Assembly (NCBI GenBank): GCA_028872645.1
Contig: JAPKDK010000001.1
Coordinates: 1-40,805 of the forward strand
DNA from: Verrucomicrobiota bacterium
GTDB taxonomy: Bacteria > Verrucomicrobiota > Verrucomicrobiia > Limisphaerales > UBA1100
Direction: 5' to 3'
DNA length: 40,805 nucleotides
The stretch's first letter is position 1, and each line of letters starts with the position of its first letter. The notes beneath the pieces are model-generated. The model saw nothing but the letters and a program-made list of their open reading frames with translations. It was not told where the DNA came from and ran no database searches. Both the position numbers and the translations under genes were made by a program. Shown one piece after another: positions 17,282-26,244 of the stretch.

Positions 17282-18946
17282 CTACTTTACACGCCCCGTA
17301 TGTTCGGCATTCTGTCGACGCATGGGCCACGAGCTTTTGGCTAGGCCAAGGATCTTGGTCTTGATGGCATAGAGCTTTTTGTCCTTTGCTCCGACGTAAA
17401 CCGTGCCATCAGATCCGATGGCGGGGGAGGAGTGCACACCATCTCCCGTTTCAAACTTCCATAGCTTGACCCCTGCGGTTGCCTTGGCTTTAGTCGGCTC
17501 CAGCTTGGTCGCTTCGGTATTGGATGCGGATGTTTGAACGGGTTCTTTCTGCAACTGACTCCGTTTCAGGGTTAGGGAATAGACCTCGCCTTTATCCACG
17601 GTGATGCACTTGAAGGTCAGCTCGGGGTCGGCCTTGGTGAGGTCAAAGGTGAGGTGGCCGAAATAGTTGCCTTGGTTGTAGCTAAAGAGTGCTTCCTTTT
17701 TTGTGCCGTGCGTGTGGTCGTTGGTGAGCTTGGAGGTCTCGAACTCATAGAGGGTGTAGCCGTTGGGGCGTTTGATTTGGTAAACATCGGTGCGGTGGCG
17801 GTCGGCGGATAGTAGAATCACACCGCCAATTTTTTCGCGGTCAATCAGTGAAAAGATTTCCTCGCGCTCTTTGGGCACGCCCCACCAAGAATCCTTGCCG
17901 CCCTTGTCGGCGTGCTCGGTCCAGAGGGTGCCGCTGGCGATGACCTTGAAGGTGGCCTTGCTGGCCTTGAGTTTTTCCAGCAGCCATTTCTTCTGCACCG
18001 GCCCCAGCATGGTACCTTTTTTGTAATCACGATAGTAACGACCATCGGTCATGAAGAAATCCACATCGCCAATGTTGAAATCAAACCAGCAGCCCGGTTG
18101 CTTTTCGCCTCCGCCAAAGTAGGCGTTAGGCCAGTTCTCCTTAAACACGTTCCAGACCGGAACTTTCCACGCGGGCTTGAATGGATCGGGACCGCCCGCG
18201 CAGTCATTCGCGCCGAAATCGTGGTCATCCCAGATGGCATAGGCGGCCGTGCTACTCATCAGTCGCTGATACTCAGGGCGTAACTGGCGACGGTAGTAGT
18301 AAAGCCGCTGGCGATTTCGCTCCAGCGGCTTGTCGATGTAGAGGTTGTCGCCAAGGAAGAGGAAGGCGAAGGGATTGGTCTTGGCCACATGATCCCAAAT
18401 GATTTCCTTGGTGGGATTCACCCGCGCACCACCCCCAAAGGCGATGTCGATCTTCACCTTCTGTGCACGCGTGGGTGCAGTACGGAAGGAGGGTTTCAGT
18501 GATCCCAAGGCCGGTTCACCATTAACGGTGACGGCGTAACTGTATTGGGTCCACGGCTTTAGGCCTTTGAGTTCTACTTCAGTCGTAAAGTCGCGCGCCT
18601 TACTGGTTCGCGCAGTGCCGATGATATTGCCGGGTTGAGCAACGACCTTCACTTCAGCTGCATCCGGTGTGCGCAGCCATACCACAGCACTCGTTGGTGT
18701 GACCTTGCCAATGACCGGCCCGCCAAAGAGTTTAATGCCGTGTTTCTTTATGAGCGCTTTGAAGCCAGGCTTTTGGTTGATGTCTGCCAGGCCGGCATCT
18801 CGGTTCTTCTGATTGAACAAAAGGTTTTGCGCGAGGTACTCCTCCAGTTCGCCCAGCATCGGCACATCGAGCGGCGTTCGGATCATGTCCTTCGCGGCAA
18901 GCGAGGGGAGCACACAGACAGCCAGTAGGCACAAGCAGAGGCGCAT
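17282..18946 (-). CDS. PhoD-like metallophosphatase (alkaline phosphatase D family) with a single C-terminal PQQ-like propeller blade
   Basis: Signal peptide MRLCLCLLAVCVLPSLAA. PhoD-type blocks FAFLFLGDNLYID, YAIWDDHDFGANDC, ASGTLWTEHADKGGKDSWWG, VILLSADRHRTDVY. The tail LWKFETGDGVHSSPAIGSDGTVYVGAKDKKLYAI...SSWPMRRQNAEHTG is a PQQ-like repeat. Confidence 0.85.
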   Translation of the reverse strand: MRLCLCLLAVCVLPSLAAKDMIRTPLDVPMLGELEEYLAQNLLFNQKNRDAGLADINQKPGFKALIKKHGIKLFGGPVIGKVTPTSAVVWLRTPDAAEVKVVAQPGNIIGTARTSKARDFTTEVELKGLKPWTQYSYAVTVNGEPALGSLKPSFRTAPTRAQKVKIDIAFGGGARVNPTKEIIWDHVAKTNPFAFLFLGDNLYIDKPLERNRQRLYYYRRQLRPEYQRLMSSTAAYAIWDDHDFGANDCAGGPDPFKPAWKVPVWNVFKENWPNAYFGGGEKQPGCWFDFNIGDVDFFMTDGRYYRDYKKGTMLGPVQKKWLLEKLKASKATFKVIASGTLWTEHADKGGKDSWWGVPKEREEIFSLIDREKIGGVILLSADRHRTDVYQIKRPNGYTLYEFETSKLTNDHTHGTKKEALFSYNQGNYFGHLTFDLTKADPELTFKCITVDKGEVYSLTLKRSQLQKEPVQTSASNTEATKLEPTKAKATAGVKLWKFETGDGVHSSPAIGSDGTVYVGAKDKKLYAIKTKILGLAKSSWPMRRQNAEHTGRVK

Positions 18947-18960
18947 GGTCTTAAAGCGCG

Positions 18961-19692
18961 TTATTCGCCGAGCAGTTTGGCGAGTTCGGATTCAATGGAT
19001 TCGGCCCAAATCGAATATCCTTTTTCGCTCAGGTGCAGGAGGTCAGGCATGATCTCGCGGGTGAGCGTGCCGTCTTTCTCAAGGAACTTGGGCCCGATGT
19101 CGAGGTAGTGGACGTGTTTGCCGTCATCGAGTTTGCTGAAGATGGCGTTGGCACCTTCATTGACCTGACGCTTTTTGTCGGTGTTGTTCGTGCCGCGTGG
19201 AAATACACCAAGTAAAAGAATTTTAGTCTTGGGAGATTTGGTCCGGATTTGCTTCACGATGACTTCTACGCCATCGGCGATTTCCTTGGAGGTGTTGCCG
19301 CCGGCATTGTTGGTGCCAATCATGATTACGGCTGCCTTCGGGGTGATGTTCTTCAGGTTGCCATTATCCAGTCGCCAGATGACATGTTGCGTGCGGTCGC
19401 CACCGATACCGAGATTTACTGTGTTTCGTTTGCCGTAGAACTTCGCCCACACACCTTTGCCTTTGCCTCCCCAGCCCTGCGTGATGGAATCGCCAATGAA
19501 CACGAGGTCGACATTGCCCTTGGCTACGCGGTCATTGAAGGAGTTGTGGCGGTTCATCCAACCTCCCGCGCGCGGCACAGGCTTGGTTGCGGAATGAAGT
19601 TTCGGTTTTTCTTCAGCAGAAAGTGAGAGAGAGAAAAGGAGAGCGCCAATTAGTAAAGCGGATTTCATAGCGGCAAAAGTAAAAGGCCGCAT
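18961..19692 (-). CDS. SGNH/GDSL-family hydrolase (PAF-acetylhydrolase-like esterase), secreted
   Basis: Blocks DLVFIGDSITQGW, GIGGDRTQHVIWRL, IMIGTNN and DLLHLSEKGY give the SGNH catalytic pattern. Start is uncertain: ATG 19692 (MRPFTFAAMKSALL...), ATG 19668 (MKSALLIGALLFSLSLSA) or TTG 19704. Confidence 0.85.
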   Translation of the reverse strand: MRPFTFAAMKSALLIGALLFSLSLSAEEKPKLHSATKPVPRAGGWMNRHNSFNDRVAKGNVDLVFIGDSITQGWGGKGKGVWAKFYGKRNTVNLGIGGDRTQHVIWRLDNGNLKNITPKAAVIMIGTNNAGGNTSKEIADGVEVIVKQIRTKSPKTKILLLGVFPRGTNNTDKKRQVNEGANAIFSKLDDGKHVHYLDIGPKFLEKDGTLTREIMPDLLHLSEKGYSIWAESIESELAKLLGE

Positions 19693-19704
19693 CGGGAATG
19701 TCAA
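19676..19704 (-). promoter_or_regulatory. Candidate promoter TTGACA-N17-TACTTT, 7 nt upstream of ATG 19668
   Basis: Minus-strand TTGACA at 19704..19699, a 17-nt spacer, then TACTTT at 19681..19676. It is mutually exclusive with the 19692 and 19704 start options of the SGNH gene. Pattern match only. Confidence 0.2.
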
Positions 19705-19729
19705 CGAAGGGTTGCCCTGTTTTTAACGG

Positions 19730-19867
19730 TTAACTTTTTTTGCCCTGGCTGAGGATAAGCAGTCGCGGGCCGGCAGCGGCCAAACTGAAGATGGCACCAC
19801 CCATGAATGTCCCGAGGAAGGATGCGGTGCAGTCGTGGTTCGCTTTCCAGATGCCGACAAGCATCAT
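19730..19867 (-). CDS. Small (45 aa) putative membrane peptide translationally coupled to the RND pump gene
   Basis: Not in the ORF track because it is under 60 aa. My translation is MMLVGIWKANHDCTASFLGTFMGGAIFSLAAAGPRLLILSQGKKS*. The ATG at 19867..19865 overlaps the RND TGA at 19866..19864 (ATGA), the same coupling used at five other junctions here. Codon third positions are G/C-rich. A hydrophobic core is followed by a basic tail. Confidence 0.35.
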   Translation of the reverse strand: MMLVGIWKANHDCTASFLGTFMGGAIFSLAAAGPRLLILSQGKKS

Positions 19868-22800
19868 GCCGTTTTCGGCTCCGGTTTGCGGTCTGTTTGC
19901 CAATCCCAATAATTACTGAACGCGCCCTTTATGTCTTCCAAAATGAGGTAGCAAATGGGTACGAGAATGAGCGTAATGAAGGTGGCAAAAAGCACACCCC
20001 ACGCGAGGCTGATGCCCATGGGCACCACGAATTGAGCTTGGGTGCTTTTCTCGAACATGGTGGGCAGGATGCCGCCGAAGGTGGTAAGGCTTGTCAGTAT
20101 GATAGGTCGGAAGCGTGCGCCGCCGGCATTGCGTACCGCTTCAAGTATCGGCAAGCCTTCAGCGCGTTTGCGGTTGATGTAGTGCACCATTACGAGGCTG
20201 TCATTTACGACTACTCCGGCCATGGCGAGCAGACCGAAGGCGCTCATGATGCTAAAGGTGACGCCCATGATCATGTGACCCAGCAGCGCACCCATGATGC
20301 TAAAGGGAATAATGGCCATCACGATGAGTGGTTGTGAGTAGCTCTTAAAAGGAATGGCAAGCATGGCATAAATGCCGAGCAGGACAATGATGCCGCCGAT
20401 GCGCAGAGCGGCAAAGGACTCAGCGCGTTCGCGGCTTTCGCCATCAAAACTGTAGCTCATGCCGGGGTGTGACTCCACCAGCGCCGCGACCTTGGGCTCG
20501 AGGTCTCCCCGGATTTTCTCAAGGTCAAGTGCTGGGTTGTACTTGTCGGCATCGGCAACCACGTAGAGGGTGCGGGCTAGGTCGGTGCGACGGATGGAGG
20601 GAAAGCTCTCGGCCATTTTCAAATCGGCCACGGCAGTGAGCGGCATCGACGCACCATCGGTCGTGAGGATATGCATGTTTTCCAGGCTGGCAAACGCTTC
20701 GCGTTCGACGAGCGGATACCGCACCATCACGCGCACTTCATTTTGCCCGCGCTGGATGCGTTGGGCTTCGTGGCCAAAAAAACCGCCTTGTACCTGTCGG
20801 CCCACCATCGCGCGCGTGAGCCCACGCTGGAGGGCATCGGGACGGAGGGTGGGGCGCACTTCCTCCTTGGTGCGCTCGAAAGTGTCGTGGATGTCGAACA
20901 GGCCCGCATAGGTTTCCAGCTCGGCTTGGATTTGGCTGGAGACTTTACTGAGTACCGCAGTGGTTTTGAGCGAGGTGTCCATCGCTGGCATGGCGAGCTT
21001 GATGGCAACGGGATCACGCGTGCGGCCTATCACTGCGCGCGTGGTTACTTCCTGCGCACCTTCGATGAGGCCGATGTTTTTGCGCCATTCACTAGCAAGA
21101 TCACGCGTTTTGAGATCCAAATATCTGGTATTATGAAAATGAATGCGATCTTCCGGCGCCATGATTTGTATCTGCACCTCGCCGAGATGAGCCACGCCAC
21201 TCTCTGCGCGCCCGCGCACGCCGGCTATATTCTGGCCGCCAATGGTGCTAATGATGTTGCCGATGAGGCTGCGCTGCGTCACTTGACCGGTTTCGGGATC
21301 GTCAAATGCGCTGGTGTATTTTGTTTTTAACTGATTAGCCTCAGCAATCATTACCTTGAGTTTTTCAGCAGTGACCTCATGTGCGGTGCCCTGCGGCATC
21401 ACGAGCCGCGTGGTGGCAATCTCTGCGTCAATGGGCGGAAAGAAAACCATCTGCAAACGCCCACTAAAACTGTATGCGCAAATCACCATTGCCGCGCCTA
21501 TAAAAATACAGAGTGTTACATATCGATGCACCGAGGCATGCGAGAGGATAGGGCGGTAAATATGGTCAATGCTCCACTCAAGACCATCGGCGCATCCTCG
21601 TTGCATGCGGGCCAACGGGCCGAGTGTGCTGCGCTTGGGTTTGCCGGTGGAGAGGCGGCTGAGGTGCGCGGGCAAAATCAATTTTGATTCCACCAATGAA
21701 AATATTAGGCAGGGAATCACTACCAACGGAATTTGCGCGAAGATAAGCCCGCGCCTTCCTTCCACCATCAACAGCGGCACAAAGGCGATGGCGGTGGTAA
21801 GCACGCCGAAGATCACCGGCACGGCGACTTCCTGCGTGCCCTTGATGGCTCCGGTTAATGCGTTGCCACCGCGTTGTTGGTGGGCATGAATGCAATCGCC
21901 GGTGACGATGGCGTCATCCACTAAAATGCCCAGCACAAGAAGGAACCCGTACAGCGTGAAGAGATTGATGGTGACGCCGAGATATGGCATCAGCGCAAAG
22001 GCGCCCATAAAGGCCACGGGCACGCCCACGCAGACCCACAGCGCCACAGCGGGTCGCAGGAATAATCCCAGTAATACGATTATGAATCCGATGCCCATGA
22101 GCGCCGAGTCGTTAAGGGTGACGAGGCGTTTCTTGATGATGTCCGCGCGGTTATTCCACACATCAATGGACACGCCTTCGGGCAGTTGCGGAGTGAGGCG
22201 CGCGAGGTAGCCCTTCACGATGCCTTCGATCTTCAGCGCATTTTGGTCGCCCGTGCGCGCCACATGCACCACCGCGCAGCGATTTCCATTGAAGCGCATC
22301 AACACGCGATCCTCCTCGAACGCATCGGTCACGTTGGCGAGCTCACCTAGTGTGAGATGCGAGCCGTCTTCGCGCGAATGCACAATGATTTTTTCAAACG
22401 CTGGTTTATCAAAGGCGCGTCCCTCGGTGCGCACGAGAACCTCGCCGTTGCGACTACGGATGGCGCCGCCGGGAATATCCACCGCCGAATTGCGCACCGC
22501 ATCGGCTACTGCTTGCAAGGTGAGCTGGTGTTCGCGCAGCACTTGTTCGGGGATTTCGATGCTGACTTCATAGTTGCGAAGGCCGCGCATCACCACGCGC
22601 GAAATGCCGTCCAGCCGACCGACTTCATCGCGCACACGTTCGCCGAGTTGGCGCAGGTCGTGCTCGCTCATGTCCCCATGGATGATGAGTGTCACCACCT
22701 CGTGCAGGCTTTCCTCAAGCTTGACCACCGGCGGTTCGATTCCCTCGGGCAGATTATTCACCGCATCCACGCGGCTCTTTACTTCATCCCTCAATTCTCT

Positions 22801-23109
22801 TGGATCGTGCCCGCTCGCCACCTCCACTTCGATGCGCGCGCTGCCCTCGCTGGCGGAGCTTTGGATTTCCTCAATGCCGGGAAGATCGGCGATGCTATTC
22901 TCGAGTGGGATGATGATGGATTCCTCCATCTGTTCCGGGGTAGCACCGCGATAGGTCACGCGGATTTCCACCTCGTCTGGCGCGAAATCGGGAAACACCT
23001 CCACCGGCAAACGATTCACGATGCCGTTGACGCCCATCAAAATGATGAACACCATCAATAAGTTGGCGGCCACGCGGTTGCGGGCAAACCATTCGATTAA
23101 ACCATTCAT
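19864..23109 (-). CDS. RND efflux transporter permease (AcrB/HAE-like)
   Basis: 1081 aa. N-terminus MNGLIEWFARNRVAANLLMVFIILMG. TM4 proton-relay block LGILVDDAIV resembles AcrB. The duplicated 12-TM organisation is evident from repeated hydrophobic blocks. The start overlaps the MFP stop (ATGA). Confidence 0.95.
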   Translation of the reverse strand: MNGLIEWFARNRVAANLLMVFIILMGVNGIVNRLPVEVFPDFAPDEVEIRVTYRGATPEQMEESIIIPLENSIADLPGIEEIQSSASEGSARIEVEVASGHDPRELRDEVKSRVDAVNNLPEGIEPPVVKLEESLHEVVTLIIHGDMSEHDLRQLGERVRDEVGRLDGISRVVMRGLRNYEVSIEIPEQVLREHQLTLQAVADAVRNSAVDIPGGAIRSRNGEVLVRTEGRAFDKPAFEKIIVHSREDGSHLTLGELANVTDAFEEDRVLMRFNGNRCAVVHVARTGDQNALKIEGIVKGYLARLTPQLPEGVSIDVWNNRADIIKKRLVTLNDSALMGIGFIIVLLGLFLRPAVALWVCVGVPVAFMGAFALMPYLGVTINLFTLYGFLLVLGILVDDAIVTGDCIHAHQQRGGNALTGAIKGTQEVAVPVIFGVLTTAIAFVPLLMVEGRRGLIFAQIPLVVIPCLIFSLVESKLILPAHLSRLSTGKPKRSTLGPLARMQRGCADGLEWSIDHIYRPILSHASVHRYVTLCIFIGAAMVICAYSFSGRLQMVFFPPIDAEIATTRLVMPQGTAHEVTAEKLKVMIAEANQLKTKYTSAFDDPETGQVTQRSLIGNIISTIGGQNIAGVRGRAESGVAHLGEVQIQIMAPEDRIHFHNTRYLDLKTRDLASEWRKNIGLIEGAQEVTTRAVIGRTRDPVAIKLAMPAMDTSLKTTAVLSKVSSQIQAELETYAGLFDIHDTFERTKEEVRPTLRPDALQRGLTRAMVGRQVQGGFFGHEAQRIQRGQNEVRVMVRYPLVEREAFASLENMHILTTDGASMPLTAVADLKMAESFPSIRRTDLARTLYVVADADKYNPALDLEKIRGDLEPKVAALVESHPGMSYSFDGESRERAESFAALRIGGIIVLLGIYAMLAIPFKSYSQPLIVMAIIPFSIMGALLGHMIMGVTFSIMSAFGLLAMAGVVVNDSLVMVHYINRKRAEGLPILEAVRNAGGARFRPIILTSLTTFGGILPTMFEKSTQAQFVVPMGISLAWGVLFATFITLILVPICYLILEDIKGAFSNYWDWQTDRKPEPKTA

Positions 23110-24617
23110 GGCCGTTTTGCTTTGCCTTTACCGTTCTTGCCTTGTTCCCCCTTTTTGCTCTTGGGTTTTCCGTTGAAGGGTGGGGGTGCGGCTTCACCTT
23201 CAACACGCACTTGCAGGGCTTGACCATTGGTAGCGTAGTCGATCGGCGTGGTAATAATTACATCGCCCGGCTGCAGAGAGCGGGTGACCATCACCGTTTC
23301 ATTGCTCCATAAGATTTCAATGATCCGGCGTTTGAGGGTTGGTTGGCCATCTTTTTGCATCGCCAGTGCTACTTCGTTCCCGTGCCGCACGGCGTGGCGC
23401 GGGAGAACAAATACATTTTCCAAGGTATCGCCGGTGATGGTGGCTTGAACGAAGAGTCCCGCTCGAAGGTAAGGCGTACGACCGTAGGGCTCGGGGATGT
23501 GTGCGATCAACGCAAGTTGTTGACTGGTGGCATCGTGCCGGCCGCTGTCACGTGAAATGTAGCCTTGCCAACGATGCATATCACGGCCGATTTGAATGCG
23601 GATTTCCACCGCCGGCGGGGCGATGGGCACTTCAATTTGCGTGGCCCGCGTCTCGTTGGTGTTTGCGCGGTGCAGGGGCACACGGATGTGCTGCAGGCGG
23701 GCATTGGAAACGGGCAGGTGTACCTCCGCGTAATCCGTGGCAATTGCCATGGCTAGCACGGTGCCAGAGGTGACATATTGGCCAATGTCCGCGTTCTTGG
23801 CGATAATACGGCCAGGGTATTTAGGTGCGCGCACCACCGTGCGGGCGAGGTCGATGTTTGCCTGTGCGAGCGTGACGTCCGCCACGCGAATCTGCGCCTT
23901 GAGGTCGGCTTCTAATTGGTCCGGGCGTAGCGCGAGATCTTCCTTGGCCTTGGCCAACTCCGCCTGCTTGGCCTTGGCGTTGGCGGCGGCTTCGGCCACT
24001 TGCGGTTCGTTGCGCGCGAGGGGGCTGGATTTGTCCAATGTATTCAGCCGCTTAAGATTGGCGATGGCCGCGGCGCGGCGCGCTTCCTCCAGTTCTAGTG
24101 TCGCACCGGCTTGTGCAAGATTGGCCTGCGCCACGACCACGGCGTTGGAATACGCGGAGCGTTCAAGTTTTTGCAACGCCAGTTTTGCGCCTAATTGCGC
24201 TAGCGTGGCTTCGGCGCGAGCGATGTCATTGGAAGGATTTGTCTTATCCAGAGTTAGCAGCACTTGTTCGGGCTGGAAAAATCCACCCTCGCGAAACACC
24301 TGCTCAATTGAAATGATTCGCCCGCTCACCTCCGGGATGATGCTGCTCTGTGCACGTGCACGTACGCGCCCCTGGCTGGGAAGTTTGATGACAAAACTCT
24401 GCGGCTGCAAGCGAATGGCCTGTACTACTGTCACCTGCCGCTTGGGCTTTTTGCGTTCGGCTTCTTCCTGATGCGTCCAAAAATATCGCGCGGCGGAAAA
24501 GCTGCCCGCGAGAATGACGCCTCCCACCAGCACGCCTACCAGCGTTCTGGCCATGCCGTTGCGCGTCAGTGGGGTTTCTTCGGCTTCAGTTTCTGATGAT
24601 TTTTCGGCTTCGATCAT
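23106..24617 (-). CDS. RND efflux periplasmic adaptor (membrane fusion protein, HlyD family) with a Lys-rich C-terminal tail
   Basis: N-terminal TM anchor TLVGVLVGGVILAGSF. Long Ala/Leu/Gln coiled-coil hairpin region (ATLAQLGAKLALQKLE...EAAANAKAKQAELAKAKEDL). Beta-barrel blocks follow. It sits between the OMF and RND genes with ATGA overlaps on both sides. Confidence 0.9.
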   Translation of the reverse strand: MIEAEKSSETEAEETPLTRNGMARTLVGVLVGGVILAGSFSAARYFWTHQEEAERKKPKRQVTVVQAIRLQPQSFVIKLPSQGRVRARAQSSIIPEVSGRIISIEQVFREGGFFQPEQVLLTLDKTNPSNDIARAEATLAQLGAKLALQKLERSAYSNAVVVAQANLAQAGATLELEEARRAAAIANLKRLNTLDKSSPLARNEPQVAEAAANAKAKQAELAKAKEDLALRPDQLEADLKAQIRVADVTLAQANIDLARTVVRAPKYPGRIIAKNADIGQYVTSGTVLAMAIATDYAEVHLPVSNARLQHIRVPLHRANTNETRATQIEVPIAPPAVEIRIQIGRDMHRWQGYISRDSGRHDATSQQLALIAHIPEPYGRTPYLRAGLFVQATITGDTLENVFVLPRHAVRHGNEVALAMQKDGQPTLKRRIIEILWSNETVMVTRSLQPGDVIITTPIDYATNGQALQVRVEGEAAPPPFNGKPKSKKGEQGKNGKGKAKRP

Positions 24618-26065
24618 TCCTCATTGGGCTCAGGCTCAGGTTGGGCAAATTCGCCACCGAGAGCGAGATAAAGGTCGATGCGATTTTGTAGACGCGCATT
24701 CTGTAACTCCAGCAAAGAGCGTTTGGCATCAAACATTCGCCGTTGCGATTCCAGCACCGTTACGATATCCGCAAGTCCAGCTTGATAATCTTCAAGAGCG
24801 AGCGCTTGTGCTCCCTCGGCCTCGGTCACCGCGCCGCGCAGGGCGATCTCTTGCCTCACCAAAAACTGCTCCGCAGCCAACGTTGTTTCCACTTCGGCAA
24901 AAGCCTGTAGCGCCGTTTGCACATACAGATAGCGCGCCTCTTTACGCTGGGCTTCGGCGCGTTCAATTTGCGATTTAATTTTACCACCATCCAAAATCGG
25001 CCGTGTGAGGTTGGCCGCGAGGCTCCAAATATTGTTATTGATATCCAGCACATCCTTTAATTCATTGCTCGACGTGCCTGTGCTGGCGGTCAACTTGATT
25101 TGCGGCAGACGATCCTTGCTCGCGGCATTCACGCGGCGATGGCTGGCGAGATACTTGTTCTGCGCCGCCAATACATCCGGGCGGCGTTCGAGCAACTGCG
25201 CGGGCAATCCCGCCGGCACGGTCGCGGCCAGTGTGGGCAGCGCGCTTGTTAACGCTACTTCGCCTTTCGGATATCGCCCCAGTAAAATTTCCAGAGAACG
25301 CCGTGCTCCATCGCGAAGGCGAAGGCGAAGGTGAACCGCGTTCTCCGCATTGCGCACGCTGGTGCGCATCAGCCGCACATCCAGCGCCTTGGTCAACCCG
25401 CGCTGCAGGCCATCCTCCAGCACTGCGAGGTTGTTGGTGTAACTCTGCAGCGTTTGCCGCGCCAGTTGCGATTGCAGTTCCGTTTCGGCAAGGTTGAACC
25501 AGCCTTTGGCCGTGTTGGCAGCGAGACTCAGTCGCGCGGCGTGCAAATTGGCGACTGCTTCGCCGGCATCCAGCCGTGCCGCCGCCCGCGTGTCTGCAAG
25601 TCGCCCCCACACATCCCATTCCCACGCGAGATTCAGTTGCGGCGAATAGCTGTACGAGCGGCTGGAGGAAATGCGAAAGCCGCTGGAGGAACTGCGCTTG
25701 GTGCGCGAAGCCACGGCCGTGGCGGTGAGGGAGGGCCGCAAATCCGCACCGGCAATGCGCAGATTAGCTTGGGCTGTTTGCAGGCGTGCCGCAGTCACCC
25801 GAAGATCGGGGTTATTCGTCATCGCCTCCCGCACCAGCGCGTTCAGCGTGGCGTCGTTAAAATCCGCAAGCCAGCCCGCCCCCGCCGGGATGTTGGTGGA
25901 ACTTCCGCCCCCCCCAAAAGCCGAAGGTAAAGCCAACCCCGCCCAAGCCTCCGGCGCATCGGGGGCAGGGGAAACGCATGCAGTTCCTCCTCCGAATATC
26001 ACTGCGCTCAGCGCCAGACAATTAACTAGAAATCGGTTCAAAAAATCCCCCCCGTGCCCATGCAC
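24614..26065 (-). CDS. Efflux outer-membrane factor (NodT/TolC family) lipoprotein
   Basis: GTG start. Signal with Cys (AVIFGGGTAC). Typical OMF blocks NNPDLRVTAARLQTAQANLRIA and two repeated alpha-helical halves. C-terminal LYLALGG motif. Confidence 0.9.
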   Translation of the reverse strand: MHGHGGDFLNRFLVNCLALSAVIFGGGTACVSPAPDAPEAWAGLALPSAFGGGGSSTNIPAGAGWLADFNDATLNALVREAMTNNPDLRVTAARLQTAQANLRIAGADLRPSLTATAVASRTKRSSSSGFRISSSRSYSYSPQLNLAWEWDVWGRLADTRAAARLDAGEAVANLHAARLSLAANTAKGWFNLAETELQSQLARQTLQSYTNNLAVLEDGLQRGLTKALDVRLMRTSVRNAENAVHLRLRLRDGARRSLEILLGRYPKGEVALTSALPTLAATVPAGLPAQLLERRPDVLAAQNKYLASHRRVNAASKDRLPQIKLTASTGTSSNELKDVLDINNNIWSLAANLTRPILDGGKIKSQIERAEAQRKEARYLYVQTALQAFAEVETTLAAEQFLVRQEIALRGAVTEAEGAQALALEDYQAGLADIVTVLESQRRMFDAKRSLLELQNARLQNRIDLYLALGGEFAQPEPEPNEE

Positions 26066-26244
26066 GTGAGCGGGAGATTGTACGCAAAAACCGCCTGAAA
26101 GCGAGAAAAAGTGAAAGCAAATAGTCTGCGATTTTCTCCGAAAGGGTACTATAAAAAATCTGTTTATTGTAGTGGACGGGTTTTTTGTGAGCGCTTATTC
26201 TTTATTCAACCAACGCACCATTTCTAACACATATCAAAGGACAC

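Noticed and set aside
19807-20337. 176-aa plus-strand ORF overlapping the 3' end of the RND gene
   Set aside because: It lies entirely antisense to a confidently identified RND permease and has a His/Ala/Gly-biased composition with no motif. It also covers the better-supported minus-strand small ORF. This is a typical shadow ORF in GC-rich DNA.
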